This document shows positions 9,735 to 20,000 of a stretch of DNA of 20,000 nucleotides, one piece after another. The notes under the pieces were generated by a model that was not told the DNA's origin, searched no databases, and saw only the letters and a list, made by a program, of their open reading frames with translations. Every line of letters begins with the position of its first letter. Position 1 is the first letter of the stretch. The stretch is from Proteromonas lacertae (taxonomy: Eukaryota), in NCBI GenBank assembly GCA_002245135.1, contig NGBS01000322.1:58824-78823 (forward strand), in the 5' to 3' direction. The translations under genes were made by a program, and so were the position numbers.

Positions 9735-12700
9735 TTAATTATTCAACATAGATCCCAATCCATAATTAATCGCTATTCTCAAATTCTTTTCTAATATTTC
9801 ATAATTTCTATAATCAGGTAATTCAATATTAAAACTACATGTATGAGACAAAGGTAATTCATTTGAAGAACTACTTGCTGATATTGTGAATGAATTATTC
9901 CAATATTCTCCTTTCAAAGGCAATCTACTTCTTCCCCAAACAAATTTGATGAATTTTCTTCTTTCTTCATGACTAAAACTCTCCATTACTTTCCAAAAAT
10001 CAATTATTGTTTGACTATTACTATCATAATCTTCATATCTAGTATGTAGTTTTAAATACTCAATATCTATTTCTGTTTTTCCACAAACAACTTCTTCTAT
10101 ATCATCTCCATTAAATAAGAACAAATATGATTGTGGAATAACACTATACAATCCTTTTAATATTGATTTTATTTGAATATCACATCGATGAATTATATAA
10201 TTGATCAATAATTCACAATGTTTTTCTTTATTCTCCATATTCAATTCTTCTTCAATTCCTGGATTTAGATTGACTATTTCGCCATTTTCATCACTTATCA
10301 CAAATGCTTGTTGTTTAGGTAATTCTTCTTCATTTTTGGCATTTCTTATTTCTTCTAGATTGTTATACAAATATTGATCTATATCATAAATATCTTCGTA
10401 TTTCATTTCATTTCCATTAAAAACATTCCAAAAACATTTGGGAAACATAAATGGTAAAGAGGCATTTGATAATATTGAATATCCCATTATTCTACCTACA
10501 AATTCATACATTTTCATATGTTCTATTTCTTTACAATTTGGATTTGGAATAAAACAATCAGTATCAATACCATATTTATGTTTATTATTACTTGTTGGAA
10601 TAAACAAATCAAAATATTCACTGAATAAATCTTCAATCATTTCTTCTAAACATTCTCTAAATGGTCCACCTGCATCTGAAGCATCTTCATTTCTGAAATA
10701 AACTTTAAATATTCTATATTCATCACATGTTGCAAACCATATTCTTTCTCCATATCCATATAATTGGTTGTATAATTGCTTAAAAACACAATTTGATGTT
10801 AATGAGTTTGTTATTCCTTGTTCTTTTTCATCATTTGCTTTAAATCTGTCAATTTCTACAGATTTTCGACTATTTCCTCTTCTTGAATTTCTGAATTCAT
10901 TGTATAACTGATTTAAGCATGCCTGTTTATATTCTTTTGACATAAATGTCTTACTTTCTTTAATCAGATAGGCAAAACTTCCTTTTACATTTAATTGAGA
11001 TAAATCAACATATTTCAATATTTCAATTATATTTTTTCCAACTATTTCAATGACTGAAACAATCAATTTAAATATATCCCATGCTGGAATATTATTTTCA
11101 GAGTTCTCACTCACATATTGATTATATACATCTAATAATTGTTCTGGTGTTTTAAATTCTTCACTGAATCTTTCTTTTATCTTAAGAACATTCTTAATTA
11201 TTTCTCTATTCTTCACACAATTATTCACTTTTTCAATCAAATCTTTATTCTCTTTTCCAACTTTATTCAATACACTAAAATCATCTAATTTGCCACATGG
11301 ATATATAATCATCTTTATTCCATATTCATTGTGAGAATAAGATCGTGGAGGATTTACTTCTATTGTATATTTCTTATTATCATAAGGCCTAGAAATATAT
11401 TGTTTGTCATATTTATTTGGAAAAGCATGGTAACAATTTTCACCAAATAATATCTTTATAGTTCCATTTCCAACATCTGTATTTTTACATATAATAACAT
11501 TAAATCCATTGAAATAATTACATTCATATTCATATTTAAATGTTTCTGTTTCTATCATTGGATGAGCTGATTCAAATCTTTTCGTATAACAATCTAATAA
11601 AATTACATATTCATTTAATTCTATTGGTATTTCTGACTTGTTGATTAATGATTGTAACAGTGAATATACAGAAGATATTTTCTCAATGGACATATTATTA
11701 TCAAATAACAACTGATAATTTATAAAATTTGAATGTAATTTTGCTACACTATATAATTCTAACAGAAATTTATCAGTGTTACTTTGTATATTATTGTTGG
11801 TTATATTACTGAATGATTGAATAGCTAAATTATTGATATCTTTTGATTGTTTAACTCCATTAAAAAATCTTTCATCTCTAAACAATGAAATTAATATGTT
11901 TATTATTCTATCTTTATTCTGAGATATAACAACATGTTTAACCAAAGTATTAAATAATTCTTGTTTTATTTCAACATTTAATGAATCAATTATGCTAGAT
12001 TCATGTAATATGATGTCTAATAACCATAATGACCAATCTAAATTTGGATGTATTGTTAAATTCATTTCAGATGTTATTTCTGAATCTCCTAACCCAATAG
12101 CAATGAATCTATATCCCCATCTAGTATTACTACTTTCATATGTGAATTTGCAGTAAAGAGTGTTTGAATTAACAACAAATGATTGGAAGTTACTATTTTC
12201 ATCAAATGATTTAATCACATTTTCACAGTTACTATCTAAACTAAAACTCAATCTTCCACTTCCAATATTATTCTTTTCATCAAATATAATCACCATTGAT
12301 TTAAAATTCGATAGTGTAACATTTCCTATGTAGCTTGAATGTTTATATAGTGGATGTAATGATTCTATTACTTTATAATCTTTGATTTCAGGCAGATTCA
12401 AATGCCATAACATTTCTGATATTGATAATGAAACAATTGATGATAAAGAATGATTTATACATTCACATGGAGATATATCATTTTCTAATTCTAATTTATC
12501 ATTTACAACATCATTCTTCAATCTATTTATATACATCTTTGTCATTATTTCGAATGAATTATTGTTATTCTCATTCTCTATAATTCTTATTAATAATTTT
12601 GAATCTAAAGAATATCCACTACTTAATCTTTTATAGCATTGTAAAAATGAATATGGATCATTGATTGAATAAATAATTGGATTGATTTTCATTAGTTTCA

Positions 12701-15700
12701 TTAAAATATCTCTATTCGTAGTTTTACATAATGTATTTGTTAGTGCATTTACATTATTCAAAGAATTATTTACATTACTTATTTTGTAACCATATTTCTC
12801 ATCTATCGAATACACATTATCTTTCAACATATGATCATTTACACAAATAATTGTTGATTGGTTGTTTTTAAAAGTAATAAAATAAGTTGTATGATTTTGT
12901 TGATATAAAAATACAGCAAATTCTTTGTTTGAATCTATTTCATATGGATTGCTATTCAAAAATACAATTTGACCAGCATTCAATACAGTTTTATTGTCAT
13001 ATTTTGATAAATGACAATATTTAGATACTTTTTTATCTTCATCATATGATATATTTGTTTTATTTAATTCACTATAATCAATTTGTTGTTTTGACAGAAT
13101 ATCTTTTGGTAATTCACCAATAAATAATTCTTTTGGATAATCTTTATATCTCTCACTATTTTCCATTATCCAATGAGAAGCTTCATCAGGATTTTTATAT
13201 AATTCAATCGCTTTTTTAGCTAGTTCAATTGTACAACCAACAGTTGCAGATATTCTTTCTTCAACACTAATATCCTTATTCTTTCCATCTCTTTCTGTCT
13301 TCATTTCATTCATTATTCCACTACTGTATATATCTTTAGCAAATGCTTCATTCCACTGGCACATTTCTAAACAACTTATAGCTTCATTTTTTGAAGCACC
13401 AGTCTTAATCATACTATCTATTAGTTTCATTTTATCTTCTGAATATTCTTGAGGAGTAACTTTTTCTTTAACAATATATGATTTAATAAATAAATGATTC
13501 ATTGAATAAAACATATTAGAATTAAATGATAATAAATGAGATAATACAGATGATGATAATGATAATGGTAAACTTGATACTGACACTGATATATTCTGTA
13601 TTGATTTTATTATATTCTGTATTAAAACAGTTGGAATTAATTCATAATGATTGAATATTTCATATTTCAGATAATTGAATAACAATAATGAAACTGTTTC
13701 TATTTGAACAGGAAGAGATTTATTCAGATTAATATCATTTATATCATAAACTACTTTTATCAAATCACATAATAATGATGAATATGGAGTTTCATTTAAT
13801 GGAATTGATGGAACATCCATTGATATAATTGAATCATAGTCAATTTCATATATCATTTTTGATGATTCTATTTCAACTTTCAATTTTGAAAAACAATCTT
13901 TCACTTCTACTACTCTACATTTTGATATAATTCCTTTTATATTTACTTCAATGATTGAATCTTTCGAGATTACTGGCTGAATTCCACCATGAATTGCTAA
14001 TACACCTGTAGTTATATAAGTATCATAGTCTATTTTATAAGAATCAAGATCTTTCAATGAATCACTCATTCTTTTCATATTATTATTTGTTAAATTGAAT
14101 ACTAATGCCAAAATTGATTTGTTCTTCATTATTTCTCTTAGAAATTGAAGTAGATATATCTTTTTCCATATCAAAGTATTTCCATTATAGTTACTAAATG
14201 AATTCACACAATTATCATGAGAGGGAAATATCATTCCTGATTTTGTATAAGGTAATTGACATTCCTTACAAATGGATGTTTCAGTATCATTTTCACAATC
14301 ACATAATAAACATTTCCATATAGATGAAGGTTTGATATTATCTGTATAATCATTTGTTTTCAATGTCATATTATCATCATATAATATGATCTTTCCTAAT
14401 TCTAATAATAATTTCATTATAAAATCGATAATCTTGCTTGTAATTGTAGAATTATTTGTAGATATTTCAAATAGATTTGCATTTATACATTTCAATATTA
14501 ATATCTGATTAGGAATTGTTGTATTTTGATATAAATCAATCAACAATAACAAATTATTTTGATTTTTAATCCATTCTTTTAATATTGTTGAATCACTAAT
14601 TCTGTATAATTGTGATAATATAAGAGATAATTTTCTATCCACAATTGATTCATCTTCATTAAACAAATTCAAATCAACATTTATTCCATTTTCTTTATTT
14701 AGTGATTGAATAATAGAAATTAACATATTTCTTTCTTTTTCATATGACGATTGAATATAATTTCTGTAAAATTGATTGATATTATTCAATTTTGTATAAA
14801 TAAAAGAGAATAAAGATAATAGAAGTGGTTTTGTTGATTGTAATGATGTTTCTGGTGATTCAAATACCATTGGCTGATATGCTGGAATATCTTCTTTTGA
14901 ATTTCTTTTAAATAAAGTTTGAAATACATTTTCATATCTCTTTTCATATGATTGTTTCTTTACTCCACCTTCTTTTACAATAGATGAAGTAATAAACAAA
15001 ACAATATTATTACATAAATCATCAATTGAACAAGTTGCTAAAATATCATCATGAATACTTCTGTGAAAAGATGTTGTTGTTATACCACTATCAATATTTA
15101 ATCTATGTAATTCATTACCATCTTCAATTTCCATTTCATAATTCTCTACTTTTTGATTGTTGTTTTCTTTCAATGCATGATAAACTAACAGTTTAATATT
15201 TTCTTCACTCATATATTTAACATATAAATGTAAATCTAAACCAGGTTCAATTCCATGTCTTTTCCAAAATGAATCACTTAGATTCATTGAAAATAATTCT
15301 AATAATAATTCTGATTTATTGAAATATCCATTTGATATTGCATCATAAACAGATTGATGATAATGTTTTAAACATTCTTTATCTATTCATTATAAACAAT
15401 AATGTATATAATACTTTTAATCTCATTTATATCTTTAAGATGATAAATCTTGTTGAATGTAATGATATGATTGAATAAATCCATTATTTGTGATTCTTCT
15501 AATATCCAAGAATCACATTCTGTATAATCCAAATATAACTCTTTCACATATAACAAATCATTATAATACTATGTGAAAATAGAATATTAAATGAAATATA
15601 CTTGTTTATCAAAGCAAACAATCATTGAATTCTTGAATGAAATTAAAAATCTAAGAAATTCATTTGATAATTCATAATATGATTTGGATTTACATCCATC

Positions 15701-18700
15701 AACATCTTTTGAATAATGATGATAGTAGTTGATTTCTTCTTCTATTGATAATTCTTTATTTTCATATTTTCCACATAAACTTGATAAAAATCCATTCAAT
15801 ATCAACGAATTTGAACCATCATTATTCAATAGCAAACTATACATTGTCAAACCAGATATTCTCAACTTTGTTCTTATATCTCTTCTTTCTAATAATTTTA
15901 TCATCATTTCATTACTTATTGAATTACCATTACAAATATAAGATAAAGCAACTTTCATTTTTGATTCTACATCATTCTTTCTATCATCAGAATTATGTAA
16001 TTCACATTGTTGTATTAAAATACATCTTTCTTCTAATCTTTTCAAATAATCAGCAAATGTATTTGGTAATGAAAAATCAACATTTCTTCTTTCATTTTCA
16101 TTTTCATTTTGATTCTCTCTTTCATTTGTTTCTTCTTCTTCTATTCTGTTATAAAACTGTTTCATTTCTCTCAAATGTTGTATTACTCTACATAACGATA
16201 TTATTACAGGTTTTATATTTTCATAATCAAATTCACTTTCCTCATTTTCATTGAATATTATAAACATTTTAAATATATCTAATGACTTTTCATAAATATA
16301 TGATAAACTACATAAACATTGGATTATTGGATTAAACATTTCTTCATTATTCATGATCAACTGTGGTGCATTTATTCCATTCAATCTTGTTATTGTTTTA
16401 ACAATGAACTTCATTGATTTATCTATTGATTTGGATAATGAAGTTATAATTGATTTGTCAAAGAATCACTTTTGGCTTACTTATTGTTTGAATGAAATTA
16501 TCATCACATATTCTCTTATCAATTGATAATTTTGATATATATTTGTTATTATCAAATGATTCTAGCAAAAACTGTAATATTGGAGGATTGGAAATTGATG
16601 GTAATGATTCAAGGAAGAAAGACTGATCGGTGACTGTTAATCCTTTCATTTCTATTTTCTCTAATGGTTTTTATGAATCAATTCATTGAATTCATCATAA
16701 TCATATTTTGATATGAAGTTATTTATGAATAAAAATATCATATTTGAGTTTCTAATAAAGGTTATTGTAGATTCTGATGGATGATTATTCAATTCTGGAA
16801 CTATTCACTTATAGTAATAAATAATATACAACTTATTCCATTGTTCCCTATTTCATGAGGAATTAATCCAATTAAATCATAATTCATATTAAATGGAGTT
16901 TGTATTTCATATTCTTTCATTAATCCATTACAGAATAATGTGAATTTAACCACACTAATAGATCTTGTTCTTCATATAAAACTGTAAGTGATTTTGTATA
17001 GAGAAGCACAATAACCACAAACATATGAAATATAATCATATAAACATTCATTTGGATATTTCGATTATTATTCATTATTTCATAAATATCATTTCTTAAA
17101 CCAATTAAATCGGATGAAATAGCTGATATAAATGAAATATTATTTCATCTGATTGTGCTTTTACTAAAATAAGCATTATCAAGAATAAATTCATTGGTAA
17201 TGTTTTGTATATAAATGAATATTCTTCATCAAAACACTTGGATGATTTTGCATTATAAAAGTAATGTCTTACTCCTATAAGTAATGAATCAATCATTCTA
17301 TTATCAAATAAAATAATAGTAATATATACTCAATTACAAAATGAAGTTTTTCATAAATGATTTGTATTTGAGAATCATTACTTTTATCAATTGATTTAAT
17401 ATCTTTCATAAACTGAAATACTGTTGATTCTAAAATGAATTGCAGAATTGTTTCACCTAAATAACTTTCATGATGAGATTTTGTTGAAGAAGAAAGTAAT
17501 TTTAAAGTTTCGAAATAGGACATTTTGATTTTTGGATTGAAAACATCACTTTCAAGCTTAGACATTTCTTTAGGATTAGTTAATAATGGTTCAAACATTT
17601 CAGTAATTTGATGTGATAAATAATTATCATATTTACTTGCATTTATTAATATTTCAAGTTTTGAACCAGGAGGTGAATCTTTGAGTATGTTTATACAATA
17701 ATTCTTCATAATTTCTGATAATTTTATTTTCTTCAACAAATTTCTTATCTTCTCATTGTTTTCTTTCTCATTAATCCAATCATTGTATTTCTCAATTGTT
17801 GAATTGATTGTTATTAACAAATTTCCATATTCTTCTGAATAATTACAACCACTGTTTGATAAATCATATGAATAGAGATAATTCATTTCTTTATTCAATA
17901 AATCAAACAATAATACAATCATCTCTATATTATCAATTGTTGTTTTTGGATTTGACATTAGTAGTTGAATATAGTTTAACAATACTGACAGATAATGAGG
18001 ATGAAGATCTAAAACATGCCAATTACCCAATTCAAGTTTGTTAATTATTCTGAGATATTCTAATGGATAATTAGAATAGTATATTTTTTCTTCTTCTTCA
18101 TACAAAACCATCTTTGCATCATTAATTGAAAGTTTCATTTCTATAAATACATCAATAAGCTTATATTTATTCTCTTCATTCATTTTGATTTTGTTAAATT
18201 CATTAGAAATAGAAGTAAATAATCTATAGCTCCAGTTTTCAATATCAAATCTAAGATTGTAGTAACAGTTTCATTATAGCAATCTATCTCATTTGTATTT
18301 AAAATATGGTTAAACAGTTTATCAAATATGTTTCTAATTGAAATATCATATCTACTTGTGGATGTATCTTTTGATAAATATATTTTCTATTGATATATTC
18401 TCACTCTTTTCCATTGATTAATCTTACTTCCAACTCAAATAGGTTATTGAATGGAATTCTATCTTTTTCAAATTCAACACATAGGTTTTTATCTTTTACA
18501 TCTTTTTCATTCAATTCGTAATCTATTTCTATTGGTGAGATAACTTTTGGATTTATTATAGTTGAAAATGAATTTAATTCTATATAATTATAACCAAAAT
18601 AATATACTTCTTTGGTATTTTTTCATCTTTGAATGACATAATTGCATTCTTTATTGGATCACAACAATTACACTGTCTTCGGTAATAGAAATGATATATT

Positions 18701-19369
18701 AAATCATCATCACTTGTCTCAACTATTTATAGTAAATAGAACTAATTATACATGATGATTTACTAACATAGTAATACAATTCATTATAGAAACAAAAATT
18801 GTATAAAAATGATCTATAAATCATAAAATAAATATTTATACAATTTAAATTCCTTATTATATGCTTTCAATACGTTCTGAAGTGTAGTTAGAACAACTGA
18901 GTTGATGCTGGACATATTCTTGGCAATTTCATTGATAATCTGAAAATTATCATTCTTTCTGATTGTTACAATCTCTTTTTTGTCACTATCAGTTTGTTTT
19001 GCCTATATAAAATATAAATATTAAGATACTTCTTTGACATAACAATCATTTCCATAAATTAGCATTGAAAGTAAAGCAATTACTCTTTTTTCTACATCTT
19101 TACTTATTTTAGATAATATATGATTAGTATCTCTATCTAACAAGCTTAAGTAGTTGTGCTTCAAGAAATCTTCCTCTTCTTTTTGTCTTTTTGTAAATTT
19201 GTTGTTAATTTCCTATATTATAATCAATAAATTATACATTTTGATATTTTACATTGGTTTTATACAAGTAATCAAGATAATGCGAATCAATACTAGCAGC
19301 TGCATTAGTACTTTCAAACATTTCTCTTATTTTTGCAAATGTAGCATAATCTGGAATAGTGTTACTCAT
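9735..19369 (-). CDS. Giant HECT-type E3 ubiquitin ligase (~3,100 aa) with RanBP2-type Zn finger and two UBA-like domains; 5' part frameshifted as sequenced
   Basis: C-terminal HECT domain (DAGGPFRE, FIKFVWGRSRLP, LPLSHTCSFNIELPDY; catalytic Cys codon 9837-9839). ZnF WKCLLCDCEN..CKEC at ~14251-14318, UBA-like segments at ~13160-13430, and ESxHP motifs. Inferred introns: 19213-19237, 19003-19029, 18814-18841, 18723-18751, 18580-18607, 18387-18427, 17298-17329, 16801-16829, 16423-16480, 15569-15601, 15383-15414. The start at 19369 is tentative, and about five 1-nt indels must be assumed between 16660 and 18625. Confidence 0.85.
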
Positions 19370-20000
19370 AATTTATCTATGTACAAATTAGCTGATTTAT
19401 GTTTATATATAGAGATAAAGCGTATAGCAATAGATATATACATACAAATTGTAAATAACAGCAATGTAATGGTTTTTATAAGCTCAGTCGACTAGAAAAT
19501 GCTTGTATGTAAAATGGAAAGAGTTTGAATTTCTTACTTAAACATTCCTATTTAACTCATTGGCTCTTTTGTGACACATTACCGCCATTACGGAAGAACA
19601 GCCGGTAAGCATTGTTCAACTTATCTGAAAGGGATATTGATGTAAAGCTCCTTCCAATATTAAGTCTTTATAGGTTAATTACAACTTATATCATATACCT
19701 AATTTTTCTATAGACACTGTATTATTACAGATTCATCAACATATTACAGTGTTAAAATACCATTATATTAATACAGCACAGTAATTACACATCATTACTC
19801 TATATAAAGCATAAATCGAATAAGTTATACACAAAACATCAATTTCAACAATAGTGATATATACATCAATGAATATAGAATAAACATATAAATCTCAACA
19901 CTTTTACTTTTTATTGTATAACTTTATTTTTACATCTATAAACTGTTTAATGTAGTTATATTACACTGAAATTTCATTAAATTGAAAAGATTTTTAAAAA

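Noticed and set aside
2932..9740. Blastocystis-type stop codons created by polyadenylation (TGTTTGTT signal)
   Set aside because: All seven gene models have genomic stop codons. Only loose TG-rich strings (e.g. TTGTTGTT at 2951-2958) occur downstream, at no fixed spacing.
8928..10701. Track ORFs 8928..9143 (-), 9422..9676 (-) and 10438..10701 (+)
   Set aside because: Antisense shadows of the SET and HECT coding regions.
18178..18190. Euplotes-like programmed frameshift at AAA-TGA in the HECT gene
   Set aside because: The other breaks share no AAA-stop context or common direction. A homopolymer indel is the simpler explanation.
15729..19495. Plus-strand track ORFs 15729..15941, 15745..16254, 17808..18044 and 19154..19495, and the minus-strand fragments treated as separate genes
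   Set aside because: The plus-strand ORFs are antisense to HECT exons. The minus-strand fragments (15587, 16458, 17105, 17293) join into one gene through introns and 1-nt indels.
1..20000. Ciliate-type stop-codon reassignment suggested by tiny introns and AT richness
   Set aside because: Multi-kb ORFs contain no in-frame TAA/TAG, Gln is CAA/CAG, and the genes end in TAA (six) or TAG (one). In-frame stops are explained by introns or indels.

Overview
Very AT-rich, gene-dense eukaryotic (protist) nuclear DNA using the standard genetic code. It has tiny spliceosomal introns (mostly 25-40 nt, GTAT...TAG) and intergenic gaps of only 74-153 bp. This architecture resembles Blastocystis-like stramenopiles, but that is inference only. 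Manual splicing gives seven genes: (1) an intronless ~952-aa protein with a putative winged-helix N-terminus, long helices and two TM segments; (2) an atypical Hsp110/Hsp70-family protein that lacks the substrate-binding beta-sandwich and has an SH3/Tudor-like tail; (3) a 6-exon SIKE/FGFR1OP2-like coiled-coil gene absent from the ORF track; (4) UTP23; (5) a membrane protein resembling plant NPU; (6) a PHD-AWS-SET-postSET (NSD/ASHR3-like) methyltransferase preceded by an E2F-like site; (7) a giant (~3,100-aa) HECT E3 ligase whose 5' third carries several apparent 1-nt indels, probably sequencing errors. No rRNA, tRNA, CRISPR array or mobile element was recognised. Family assignments come from recalled motifs, not database searches.
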